This document shows positions 15,376-28,629 of a DNA stretch of 64,000 bases, in pieces (the first letter of the stretch is position 1; each line of letters begins with the position of its first letter). The stretch lies in NCBI RefSeq assembly GCF_009914755.1, contig NC_060928.1; one strand, written 5' to 3'. Origin of the DNA: the human T2T-CHM13v2.0 reference genome, Homo sapiens. A program made the position numbers and the translations under genes. A model generated the notes under the pieces. It searched no databases. It had not been told where the DNA came from and saw nothing but the letters and a program-made list of their open reading frames with translations.

Positions 15376-17519
15376 TCAAGCATCCGACAGAAATCTTCCT
15401 TTGGGGAAAGGGAGAGTGGTTCAAAAAGTTTTTGTTAAAGAAGACCAGACCAATCTAACTATTAAGGCAGCCACTCTAAATGAACTTTTTTATTCTTTCT
15501 GAAATGCATTAACAATGTTCATTCAGTTGGTGTGGACTTAGACTAACAGCAATTATACAGAATTTCTATTTGAAGGATTTTGAACTATGCCATGGAGGCT
15601 ATGTTAACGATAAAGTTATGGCTACTGAGGTGAACTCATCTAACTTACATGAGAGCCTTAATGTAAACAGCCAACCAAGAGAGATACACAGACATGCAAA
15701 TATTTGCAGGGGTATTACATTCTCTATGCGAAAACAGATTAAAGTAGAGGAAAATGTACATAAGACTTTCAATAGTGAAAAACATTAACTAAAAAACAAA
15801 GCTGTCAAAAACCATATTCCCAAGAAGATGGAGGATGATTACAGGTTCCCAGAGCTGCAAAGTGAATCACATAAATTTTATTTTGTTATTTAGTTGCTGT
15901 GAGCCAAGCCTTTCTAGAAGAGCAGGAAATATTTCCTTTCTTTTGTAAATGTTACCTTCACTTTATTTATTTGAAGCAACTGTTGGGAAACAATGAAACT
16001 TCGAGCCTACTTGAAGATACCAGATTTGTATTAATCACAAATTTATTTACCTATACTAGCATAATAGGCCCATAAGGGAAATTAGTGGACTAGGAAAGAT
16101 TGAAGAAAAGCAGCATTTGCTAGACTAGACAGCCCCGAGAAGGTTCAACTCTAGGTATGGCTCTCAGCTTCGTCATTATTAACACTTCTGTTAATATAAT
16201 GACCTAATTTTGAATTTCCAAGTTAGATGGATAATTTAACTGAGTTGCTCTCTCTCACTGCTCTAAAAGATAACCTTCTGCTTTTGGGGATCAATGCAAC
16301 TAGAATTTTCTTAAATTCGCATTTTCAAGTAACATCCAATGCTAAGACATGTCTGTACCAGTTTGATCATTCCAGGACAATAGACAATATTTCAATGCCT
16401 AAGTAAAACAGATTTAATTGCTAAACAAGATTTCAAGGAACTGAAGTTCATTTTAATCACAAACAAGCTGCAAGGCAATTTTCAATTACAGCAAGCTTTT
16501 TATTTTTCTCCAGCTGTGTGTCCCTGCTGATTCCTGAAATTACATGTAAGTTGTCCCAGATTTTGAAGTGGTGTACCTACTGAGGTTTTTCTTTTGTCAG
16601 TTGATGAAGTATCTGTGATTAGAACTTAAATAAATTGGCATTTATAAGATGCATTACCCCACCCTGTATATTTTAGGACATGATGATTGAGCATGAAGGA
16701 AGTCTGAGATATCCCCCAGTGAAAAGAGTATTCCTAATTAAGCTGCTGGTGTTGCAAGTATTCACCTCTTCCACGGGAACATCAAAAGATAATATGGGAA
16801 CAAAGCCCTAGAAAAAGAAATCTGTTGGGTATTAGACAATCAGGTCAATAATGCATTGTATTTTCAAAGTTCTACAAAGTTCCAGCTTTTAGGGAAGTTT
16901 GCCATTTGAAGCTCAGTGTTTGTATCCTATAATAATTGTTTTACTACAAAGCCTGAATGGGAGGAAAGTTGATCCAGATGTACTTAAATTTAAAAAGACC
17001 AAAGGAAATCTGTTTCTTAAGATAAATCAAAGATAGCATTCTTTAAAGGGATGAGAGAATAATGTTAATGGAACCCAGAAAAAACAAACCAACTTGCACT
17101 TTAATTGGCTTTCCTTCCTAAGCTAATTGCTATTTCTCTGTTGCTTCTCCTTTGCCCCTTTATTTACTCAATAATCACTCACTAAATATGTAATTGGCAG
17201 TTACATGAAAAGGTTTTATCACTTTTGCTAAGTGTCAATCTATACAAAGTTACAAGAGTGCAGGAGGCTGCCAATATAAGGTGAGAAGATCAAAAATACC
17301 CAGACAAGGCAAAGTACACAAAATATCTCAATTAGATAGAGAAAAATTATATTAGCTCACTCTAAGTGAAATTTCTTATCTTTTTGAACAGACATGAAGT
17401 AGGGGGGGAGGTGGCTTATCCTAGAATTGAGAGAATAGCATAAAGCCACAAAGGAAAAAGGGAAATAGCAATTGAATTTCAGGATTTTAAGTAACAGCTT
17501 TTAGACTCACTGTTGATTG

Positions 17520-17850
17520 CAAATGGTAGGTCAGTGTATAATTATGAAAGACTATGCTCTCAGCAATGAAAATCACTGAGAAGATTTAACAAGAACGCTT
17601 TTTAAAAAAAATTCTTAGGAAAGTAATTGAGTTGTAGTATCTATATATATTATAGGAGTTGGAAAACGGGAACAGGAAAGGCACTTGGGAGGAATTTTTC
17701 TAAAATTCAGAGTTACTTAATGGCTGATGTAGGTGTTGACTGCAATAGTTAATGGATCTGTAGGTGTTGACTGTGAGACTTCAGGATAAGGGATAAAATT
17801 GGAAAGTGTGTGAAGAAATAATGAACTGGAAAGATGTGTTGATGGGTTGG
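17520..17850 (-). mobile_element. L2 fragment
   Basis: Degenerate gcaatgaaaatcactgagaagatttaacaag...ggaaaggcacttgggagg pattern. Confidence 0.4.
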
Positions 17851-18037
17851 AAAACAATGCAAATTAAATTATATTATGTATGACATCACCTTGAATTTGA
17901 AAATCCAAAGCCATCTTATTTTTCCTTGTGATAAATTGTCTTGACCAAATATTATATATTAAAAGGCAAAAACATTAAAAATTGTACAAATGTGATTTTT
18001 CACAAGTTATGACTTTGGAGATGCAAAAAATAGACAC

Positions 18038-19001
18038 TTTTCTTTTTCTTTTTTTTATTATATTTTAAGTTCTGGGATACATGTGCAGAACGTGCAGTTT
18101 TGTTACATAGGTATACACGTGCCTTGATGGTTTGCTGCACCCATTAACCTGTCATCTACATTAGATATTTCTTCTAATGCTGTCCCTCCCCTAGCTCCCC
18201 ACTGCCCAATAGGCCCCGGTGTGTGACGTTTCCCTCCCTGTGTCCATGTGTTCTCACTGCTCACCTCCCACTTATGAGTGAGAACATGTGGTGTTTGGTT
18301 TTCTGTTCCTGTTAGTTGGCTGAGAATGATGGTTTCCAGCTTTATCCATGTCCCTGCAATGGACATGAACTCATCCTTTTTATGGCTGCATAGTATTCCA
18401 TGGTAAATACATGCCACATCTTCTTTATCCAGTCTATCATTGATGGGCATTTGGGTTGGTTCCAAGTCTTTGCTATTGTGAACAATGCTGCAATAAACAT
18501 GCATGTGCATGTGTCTTTATAGTAGAATGACATAATCCTTTGGTTATATACCCAGTAATGGGATTGCTGGATCAAATGGTATTTCTGGTTCTAGATCCTT
18601 GAGGAATTGCTACACTGTCTTCCACAAAAGTTGAACTAATTTAAACCTCCACCAACAGTGTAATACCGTTCCTATTTCTCCACATCCTCTCCAGCATCTG
18701 TTGTTTCCTGACTTTAGTTATTGCCATTCTAACTGGTGTGAGATGGTGTCTCATTATGGTTTTGATTTGCATTTCTCTAATGACCAGTGACGATGAGCTT
18801 TTTTTCTTGTGTTTGTTGGCCGCATAAATGTCTTCTTTTAAGAAGTGTCTGTTCATATGCTTCACCCACTTTTTGATGAGGTTGTTTTTTTTTCTTGTAA
18901 ATTTGTTTGTTTCTTGTAGATTCTGGATATTAACCCTTTGTCAGATAGATAGATTGCAAAAATTTTCTCTCATTCTGTAGGTTGACTGTTTACTCTGATG
19001 A
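18038..19001 (-). mobile_element. L1PA7/L1PA8-like 3' ~1 kb fragment
   Basis: Poly-T head, aagttctgggatacatgtgcagaacgtgcag. Broken ORF2 C-terminus on the minus strand (CTCMFIAALFTIAKTWNQPKCPSMIDWIKKMW). Confidence 0.93.
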
Positions 19002-20412
19002 CAGAAACTGTTTTTTCTACAAAACCTAGCTTATTTCTCTGTCAAGTTCCCCTATTCATTTCCCTACACCAGCATCACCAACAATAACAACTTAAGAGCT
19101 ACCCCTAAGAACATGGATATCAAGACTGCATGAAGATTTATGAATTCTAAAGAGCATTTCTTGACACTGAAGCCAGCTAAACTAACTTTGCAGAAATGCT
19201 CAAAATGTTCGTAAATTTTAATTTATACCAAAATTTCAGTTTCAAAATGCCACCTAATCTTCTTGAATGAGTTATGTGTTATACAACTTTATTCCAATTT
19301 CCATGTGACTCTGCATCTTGTTCATTTCTAATTCATACATTTGTGATATATGGCTTCATATTCCACAATCTAGTGAATGTCTATTTCTTAATCATTATTT
19401 CTAATTTAATTTGATATTTTTATTGCAGTCAAACTATATTAGGATTATCCTTTTAAAAATGAATACGTGGATGCCAAATGAAATATACATACATATGGAT
19501 TTAGGCATGCAACTGTATCACTTGTATGTGTGGGTGTAGGTGCACTTAAAATCAAAGTGGGATGGCACAGGAAGAAATGCCTGAAGAAAGTGTAGAAAGC
19601 ACTGATCACTTGGCAGACATATGAATGTTTCAGTTTATCAGAATATCTATAAGGAAATACCTTTTTTTTCATTGTAGCCCTAGTTACTTCCTCATTGTCT
19701 CCGTATACTATTTTTAAGTCATCTCAGTTCTTGTGAATTAATTCAGCTTCCAGACACTTTTAAACTGTATGTATAAACCTAATAATTAACAAATGGTAAT
19801 GTGAAAAACAGTGCTCACGGATATTTTATTTTTAAACTGTTGCCCATTGACATTACTTTGTGAGAATTATTTCTTTATTTTATGCTAAAAAGTCACTAAG
19901 TAGTGCATACTCCTGTTCACTCAGATTGAAAAACCAACAAAAATCATCTAAAATTGCAATTGAATAAATGTATTGCAACTGGATACAGGGACTTTTAATC
20001 AAAATATTCTCTTTCTTCATTAATTTCTACTTTCTGCAAACTTATCAATTAGGTATTTTGTGTTTGTATATTATATATAGTACAAGTCAATTTATGTATG
20101 CCTGTGTGTATATATGAAATTAATCTCACAAGAACTAGCTTTAGCGTGAAATGAATATCAACTTACTATATTTTCGAAGTTCATATCTCACTGACAGACC
20201 TATTCTGTCAGTGACTATTTTAATCATGCATTTTAATAAGTAATTCTTGTTAACTGCCGGTATAATACCTATTTTTGGCATGATAAACTTTCTTAGAAGA
20301 GACAGGGTGAATCATAAATAACTTAAACTGTAACTTAATTTCTATTAGGTCACAGTGCTTTGTAAAATACTCCATAAATATTAGATTTTTAGTATTTTTA
20401 CTTGTATTATTC

Positions 20413-20791
20413 TGATATGGTTTGGCTCTGTGTCCCCACCCAAATCTCATGTTAAATTGTAATTGCCACATGTTGGAAGAGGGGCCTGGTGGGAGATGAC
20501 TGGATCATGGATGCAGACTTTCTCCTTGCTGTTCTCATGATAAGGAGTGAGTTCTCACAAGATCTGGTTGTTTTAAAAGTTTGTAAGCGCTTCTTTCTTT
20601 ATTCTGTCTCCTGCTCCAACATGTGAACATGCGCTTGCTTCCCATTCACCTTCTGCGAAGACTGTAAGTTTTCTGAGGCTTCCAAGCTATGTTTCCTGTA
20701 CAACCTGTGAAACCGTGAGTCAATTAAACTTTTTTCTTCATAAATTACTCAGTCTCTGGTAGTTCTTTATAGAGTGAGAACAGACTATACA
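20413..20791 (+). mobile_element. THE1D/MSTA-type MaLR solo LTR
   Basis: TGATATGGTTTGGCTCTGTGTCCCCACCCAAATCTCAT start, attaaa poly(A) signal, ...gactataCA end. 5-bp TSD TATTC at 20408-20412 and 20792-20796. Confidence 0.92.
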
Positions 20792-20924
20792 TATTCCTAT
20801 CAAAAAAAAATAAACGAAACAGTAAAATAACCTATGATATCACAATGAAGATATTATTAATATGGATTTTATGTTTGCAATAGGCAAACACAAACAGTGT
20901 TAACTTTTAAATATAAATCTCCAT

Positions 20925-21345
20925 TATCAGTCAGTCTTCATGGTTGTATGCAAGGAAATCTAAGTCTAGTTAATTTAAGAGGAGAATGAATATTGAATAT
21001 TGAAGAATACTGAATAGTTAAAAAATTCATAGAGTAGATAGAGGACTAGGCTTGAAAAATATTCAGGGACTGAGGGAAAGTTTACTAACATAAAACAAAT
21101 AGGAAATCAAGTCAAAATAAATGGTAAAGGCTCTGCAGACAGCATAGCTACCATTAGCTCATCTCCATTTCATTACAAACTGCATCATTCTACAAAGGTC
21201 GTGTGATTTCTCTATTTTCCTCGGTATTCAAACCATGGTCTCAAAATTTACGGTACCTAACAGGAGCATCTTATTGGTCAAGCCTAGGACATGTGCCTGC
21301 GACAAGGCCAACTAGAGAGAAGAAATACCTACCATCTTCCATTTG
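20925..21345 (-). mobile_element. Old MLT1-type MaLR LTR remnant
   Basis: tatcagtcag..ggttg..caaggaaatctaagtctagttaatttaag and gagcatcttattggtcaagcctaggacatgtgcctg motifs. Confidence 0.45.
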
Positions 21346-21360
21346 AAAAATTTGGTCTTG

Positions 21361-21793
<433 letters not shown>

Positions 21794-21859
21794 TCATTAT
21801 TCCCATCTTTACAACATTAAAAGCTGAACACTAAAAATACTGACTTCTTTTAAGCTATC

Positions 21860-23160
21860 AGAAAACAGGTCCTACAGCAAAGTACCATCCCAAAATCTAA
21901 GGGAATGAATCTAGACAGTCAAAGATGAGAGCTGTTTATCTAGAGGGGAAGCTGCTGAAGCCATAAGTTAATAGAAACTATTAAACAGTAATTTTGACAA
22001 ATTGATGGAAGCTGAGTGTGGACTGGCATAAGGGTGAGAAATTCTTGAGGCTGAAGTCTTAGGGGGCATTTCTTTTATGCATTTTTACCTCCAGGATCCC
22101 CACCAGGTTCTCACAGTGAAAAGCCAGAAATGCTCCCTCTTGGCTCTTGCAGAAGGAGAGGAAGAGTAATGATTGTGAAATAAGTCCAGAGCATTTTTCA
22201 ACACAAAGATTAAGCCTCCAGAGAAAGACTTTATTACACCTTATCCCACCTCAGGGAAGGGCATTCCTAATACTTCAGCAACATCTAGACTTCCTTCTTC
22301 ACCTGAGCGGTGGCAGTGACTGGATGGATGCAAAGAAACAGTTATGAAGGTCACAATTCAGGGATCCAAGCCCACTAAAATACTGACATTTTCACATAAG
22401 ACCCATAGAGCTTCAGTATAATAACAGTGAATTGCAATAGAAATAAAACCAGTATAATAACAGTGAATTGCAAGACTCAATCTCTCAGAAGTCTTGTACT
22501 TGGAGAAGGCCAAAGTCAACATGAATGAGAACCCTAGTGGCAAATCAAGCTGGCACCTACAGCATAGCAAACAATTAACACAGTGGAACTCCTGTTCATG
22601 TTAACCTAAAACCTCATAGTACATGTCTATTTACCTCTGTTCCTCTCATCTAATACATCCCAACTGACTTTCAACAACAAACAAATATTAGGAATGCTAA
22701 AATATGCAGGAAAAAATCACAGTCTGAAGAGCCAAAGTAAGCATCAGATCTTGGCTCAGGCATGACAAATTTTCAAATTATTATATAGGAATCTTAAAAT
22801 GATCAATATGTTAAGACCTCTAATAGAAAAAGTAGACCACATTCAAAAACAGACATGTAATGTAAGCAAAGAGATGGAGATTCTAAGAAAAGAAATCAAA
22901 GGGAAATGAGAAAAAATAATTTAAAAAAACACCTGAACAGAAATAAAGAGAGCCTGGAATGTACATCTCAGCATTAGGCTGGTGCAAAAGTAACTGTGGT
23001 TTTTTTAATGGAATGGACATTACCAATATAAGAATCAATGAACCTGAAGATAGGTCAACAGAAACTCCCCAAACTGAAATGTAACGAGAGAGAGAAAAAA
23101 ATACATAGAAACCCCAAAACTATGGGGCAATTTCAAAAAGGGTAACAAACATACAAAAGT
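21860..23160 (+). mobile_element. Ancient L1M (L1MC/MD-like) 5' UTR/ORF1 fragment
   Basis: A-rich ORF1-like tract (atgttaagacctctaatagaaaaagtagac...gtaagcaaagagatggagattctaagaaa...gaatcaatgaacctgaagataggtcaacagaaac). Confidence 0.7.
22974..23011. mobile_element. Half MADE1 (Hsmar1-derived MITE), single TIR
   Basis: TTAGGCTGGTGCAAAAGTAACTGTGGTTTTT closely matches the Hsmar1/MADE1 TIR TTAGGTTGGTGCAAAAGTAATTGCGGTTTTT. Confidence 0.8.
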
Positions 23161-23164
23161 TACT

Positions 23165-24395
23165 AGTTCCTTCTCAATGCAGCATTCATTATTGCTTTAG
23201 TGAACAGAATGTCCTCTGAGTCCTCCCACTGAAGAGTACAAAGATTGGTTTTATTAGAATTTTCATTCTAACATCCCCACTTCTCCTAGCCTTTTGATCT
23301 TTTTGTCTACCATCTGCCATCCATTTCTAGTATGTCAATTTTACTGTGAAACATTGCTTTCTCCAAGCTTCCAAGAATTATCTTAGCAGCATGTTAGCAC
23401 GGCTCCCAGAATCTTTGTCAGGGTGCAAAATCCTGTGTTCTGGCAGAGTGCTACCATATCAAATAACTTATCCAACTTTATATAACTTCCTAGTATCCTC
23501 AGGATCCAATCACAGATATGGCTCCCCAGCTCTTGCCAGAACACTTTGGCTTGGCCCCGTAACTTCTTCAGCATATAGCCCCTTTTTTCCTCTATCAAGC
23601 TGAGTACTTGCTCATCCAGATTCTGTTATGTATTGACACCAGTTATTTCCCTGGAAGCCAGAAGGGCAGGAGAAATAAAACAGTTCATATTTTGTTTTAT
23701 GTTTTGTTTGTTTGTTTGCAAAACAGAGATTGTGTATTGTCTTAAATAAGGGGAGAACTAGCCATTAAAGCAGAAGAGTTGACCCCTTTGGTAGACCCAG
23801 AGTACTCAGGGATATCTAAGGTTTCATGATATCTCAGTATGTCAGTCTTTTTGCCCCATATACCAACTCTTACAGTTTCATTTTTTTCCTGTAAAACACC
23901 TAATCTTGACATAACAGATTTGCTGGATTTGAGACTTTAAAGTACTTCAGAACTCTGTTACCCTTTTAGGTAAAACCTAAAACTTATCCTCATTTTTATT
24001 CTGCCCTCTTGCTGAAAGAGAGGATTATCTCTTTATATGCTTCCAGTTTCTCCCTCTGATTTTCACATTTTGCCATAATTAGTGATTATTTACTTTCAGC
24101 CCTTTATTGCCTTTCTCTAATGAATCTATAAACAACAGCTATATTATTACATAGTCTTTATAATCAATATTTCTCTTGTATCTCTTGACATCCTATACTA
24201 CCTCCTCTGACAATGCGTACACTTACACTGGTATGTTGTCCCAGTTCGTCCCTATTGACAATTTTTACATTTACACCATTACATCACACCTGGAGTTATC
24301 CACAGTCCAACTACCGTCAAAGACAGGGTCCTCATTGCCAGCCAGCAACAAAATACCATGTTATAATGTTTCCCCAAATCACTCCCGACTTTAAC
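23165..24395 (-). pseudogene. ERVL-class (ERV3-16A3-like) internal region with decayed gag
   Basis: Minus-strand peptides WQELGSHICDWILRIL..IKLDKLFDMVAL, WQMVDKKIKRLGEVGMLE* and WEDSEDILFTKAIMNA resemble ERVL Gag. Directly adjoins an LTR16. Confidence 0.8.
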
Positions 24396-24665
24396 TGTCA
24401 TAGCTGGAGTTTCTCAGAAAACAGACTCTTAGATAGAGATTTGTATGGAAAAAAATTATTTGGAAGTGCTCTTGTAAATAACATCTCTAATAAATGAGGG
24501 AGACAAGTATTAGCAGAAGGTGAATTGTAATTCTGTGGTAACAGAAAACTTATTCAACCCCACAGGTAGCCCTGGAGCAAGGATGACCTTTCAGATTTGA
24601 TGCAAATAAAGGCAAGAAGATTTCAGAATATATCCATTGGCCAGTTATTGTAAAAGAGCTGTATT
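24396..24665 (-). mobile_element. LTR16-type LTR (5' LTR of the ERVL relic, partial)
   Basis: tgtcatagctggagtttctcagaaaacagactcttagatagagatttgtatgg...caaccccacaggtagccctggagc..ggatgacctttcag. Confidence 0.75.
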
Positions 24666-24749
24666 AATAATGTAATGGCTAAAGACACAACATTTTTTAA
24701 AGTTTATTTCCCATTATTAAGATTCTCCATTATAAAGTCTGGACAATTT

Positions 24750-25092
24750 AAAAAAATATGAAGCCCTGAACTACAGTGTTTGCAGATTTCAGTGGCATAT
24801 ATATTCCTACCAAAGCCAATTTTAAATTTCTAATATAACATTGACAAGAAATGTGCAGTAGCACATGTGTCCAGAGATGCAAGAAATATAAACATAAGAG
24901 GAAAAGGAAGTCTAATCATTGGGAAGCAATGAGTTGTGAGTAGTTAATGCACTTCAAAATATTATTCATTTAATTTAACTACATACATTAATTTTTAAAC
25001 ATAACTGTGTCCAAAAACTGCCTCACACATGTTCTGAATATTTAAAAATTGACTTTTGCAAATGATTAAAAGCTATCTTGAACAAACTAATG
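24750..25092 (-). mobile_element. MER63-like (hAT-Blackjack) remnant
   Basis: ataactgtgtccaaaaactgcctcaca..ttctgaatatttaaaaattgacttttgc resembles the MER63 terminal region. Confidence 0.5.
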
Positions 25093-28000
25093 GCTCCCAT
25101 CATTAGATTCAATGATTATGTGACCCATAGTCAACTCAAATGGAACATACACATTTTTTTCTTCTCTCAGTTGGCCGCTTGTGTTGGAAAACTAACAAGG
25201 TGTAAAGCCATGCTAAAGGCAGTTTTTGAATTCTCTTAAATAACTGAGTCCCACAGTTTTTTTCTCTGGAATAGGGATGACCTGGAAGGGAGTTTTGTCA
25301 GAACACTAAAATTGTTGTCAAAAATTCATGTTTTAATGTATTTTCTTCTTATTTCAAGATAACATATAATTACTGTAACTTTAACTTTATATCTTCTCTA
25401 TCTATATTTTAGAGTAGAGGAGAGCACCTATAGCCCATGGCACAGAGGAATAACCAGCTAGAGATGTGGCTTGTGAAATGGGCATGAAACAAAAATGATA
25501 GTTCTCTTGTCTGATTATCTCTGACACTGCAAAAGCCTACACTAATTAAGCAACTATCAAGCTTGCACAAGATAACCTCACATGCATGATCTTAACGAAT
25601 GCTAGCTATTATCTGGAAATTAGATGCACTAAAATGATTTGACCAAATTACCCCAAAAACCTTCAGTTCTTGTGAGCAGTGGAAGCCAGATTAAGTTAGT
25701 TATATCAATTTAGAAGCTTACCAATTTCATGTATTAATTACTTTAATCAAATGTATCATTTACACAGGTCTTAATCAGCAAGATAAAATGAAAAAAAGTA
25801 TATGGCATAATTAACAATAGCACTGATTTCTGTGGTTACGTTCTAAATAGAAACTGCTGTTAGCGTATTGCAGCTGCCTTAACATATGGTTTGAAAAAAA
25901 ATAGCAAAAGTAGTGATCAATTGTGCTTCTAAGTATTTGCAAATAAAAAGGCAAACAGAATAAGTAGCATTCCACATATTTCAAAACATGTTACGCATGA
26001 CAAATATGTGCAATTTTTATTAGTCAATAAAAATGTGATAAGTAAAATATCAAAAATAGAATAAAATACACATCTTAAAAAAATACATAGCATTCCTACA
26101 TCTGCTATTACGGGAACCAAAGAGGAAACACCAAAGTTAGGACTGGTAAAGAGTTAGTATGGTATTTAGTAACCAATGTCTGGGACATGATAACTTGGTG
26201 ACCTAAATAAATTCTGGTTCATTCTGTGGTTTAGGCAATGTTCTTGAAAAGCTGGATCAATATCATTGCTGATTTGCATTATTGTATACATTTTGGTGAT
26301 TAATCTTGTTTGAAAATTATGTTCAGGGACTAGTAGGAGAGGGGAGCTATACTTTATAAAAGTAAGACAGATAATACTTATCTAATAAGGAATTGCTAGG
26401 AATTAATTTTCCCTTGATAGCGTATTAGTGAACATATTTTCAGGCACTTATAGAAATGTAAATCTTAATTTAAAAAGCAATATATTATCTGTGGGCACAT
26501 AAAGCAGCAACACCATTTCATTGTGGTGACTGATCAATGTGGAGAATGACTTTCACACATGCTAGTAAATAAATTAAATGAAAATCACATCCTAAGGAAA
26601 AATATTACAAGTTAACCTTTCCAAGAACACTTCTGACAATAAGTAGATATTGTTGAGTGCTGAAAATTAAAGAACAATTATAGGTTTTAAAAAAGACAAC
26701 ACTACTATCCCATTTTTCTCTCTTCCTAATTCTTTGTATTTATAGTGCTATCAATTGCTTAAGTGCAAATACATGTCAATGAAAATTGTCATATTAAATA
26801 CATAAATATCCATATTGTATAATGTAGACGGTCACACATATGTTCACACATTTATTTTGAACATAACTTTCAGTACTTTTCTTATTAAAAATAAATTTTG
26901 TGTGAACACTGCATAATGAACAACTCTGAGCTCTTGTTACACCCACAGCTCCCTTACAAGCCAAGCACTCAGACATGGTTCCTTGCATGTGAGTTTCGTG
27001 CCTTAGGGTCTGATGACCAGGAGAATTTCTTCAGACCACAGATTGTTGCCTGACCAAAAGTTTCACTGAATATAAGGGAAGGCAGTAGCTTTATGAGGAA
27101 GACTGGCTTTAAATCTTTAAGCCTACCCAGCCAAATCTCTCTTTTTGTTAGTTGATTAACATCAGACATAAAGGCAATTTTCTCAGGCAGTTGTATGGAG
27201 TAAAACTCACATGATATGCAGAGCAAGCATTCTGAAGAAAAAAAAAAAAACATTTTTCAGAAGAAACCAAGAATAACCAGAAGTGGAAGGGTAGAGGTAA
27301 GGCTGAGGCAAAAAAAAAAAAAAAAAAGTAGACACCATAGAAACCAAATTGTATGAGTTTGAGTTGTGAATTATTTTGGTGACTTTAGTCTAGATATAGT
27401 ATTATAAATAACACTTTATATGACCTTAATGTTTTCACTTTATTTGTTGGGACATTTTCTTGCATTTCCCTTCTTTTCCGCATAATTTTACAATAAAAAG
27501 CCTACAGTAGTAGACGTAAACTAAACACATTCCTGTTGCTTGATATCTGAGTCAAATCAACACAATATGAATGTAGATACTTAATACATATATATGCATA
27601 TGTATTTGTAAATGTGTATTAAGGAATTTACATTCTAAAATTATTCTAGAGCACATACGTTAGTTCTGTTTCTGGAAAGAGATTCAAAGGCTCTTTTGAA
27701 GAGCTGCAGAGACTCCAGTTTTTTAAAAATTTAGAAATAAAAGTTTGGATAATTATGTTTCTTATCACCAGGTTGTCATAGTCATGGAAAAATGTAGAAC
27801 ATTAGATCCACCATTCTTTTTTTACATCTCCTAGAACTTGCTATGTTTGCTGAAATTCCTGGGCTGTCCACTTTGGAGAAAGAAACAATATGGACATCAC
27901 TGCAATTATCAAGGAATATTCCTACTACCAGGGAATATTATTGAATTCCATTTCTCCTTCATGGCAAGGAAGAATAGTTCTTGGGTGAGAGAAGCCAAAA

Positions 28001-28239
28001 GCAAAGATCATAGTTAACCTTATCAGGGTTAACTGGCCCAATAAAAAAAAAAAGTTAATATTCTGAGAAATTCTTAGAGACCTACCATCTTAATTGTGCT
28101 ATAACCTAGCCAAAGGCTTATAGCTTATGCACAAACTTCCAGAATTAATGGGAACAGCTTCTACTATATCAAATGATATCATGGAAAATGTTCCAAGAAC
28201 AATTTTTATAAAGCTTGGTTTCTGGCAAGTGTTTATGTC

Positions 28240-28400
28240 ATCAGAAATCATTTAAGCCTATCATCTAATTTTTTGATTGAGAAATATGAGGTCCAGAAAT
28301 ATTTAATAACTAATTCAAGATCACAAATCTAGTTAGACTGAAGCACAGAACAACAATGTATGTTTCTGGATTCCCATTTCAATTACTATTTCACTGTCCA
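28240..28400 (-). mobile_element. MIR
   Basis: tgagaaatatgaggtccagaaa...taactaattcaagatcacaaatctagttag core. Confidence 0.6.
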
Positions 28401-28629
28401 TGTTTTCTTCACCATTGCATAGATTCAGCCACTTTCACCTGATGATACAAATCTTCAACCAATATTCACAGGTTTATGTTTGTACTCGATTTAAAATTTG
28501 GCCAGTAAGACCTACTATTGCATAATAGTAAAACTTTCATTTAATGAATGCTGTGTTATAATAATCAATACTAGGTAACAGTGCATTACTTTCATAACCC
28601 TATAAAGATCATAAAATCAGGTAACAAAA

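Noticed and set aside
18103-18865. ORFs resembling the L1 ORF2p C-terminus
   Set aside because: Frameshifted pieces of a 5'-truncated L1PA; they cannot encode a functional ORF2p.
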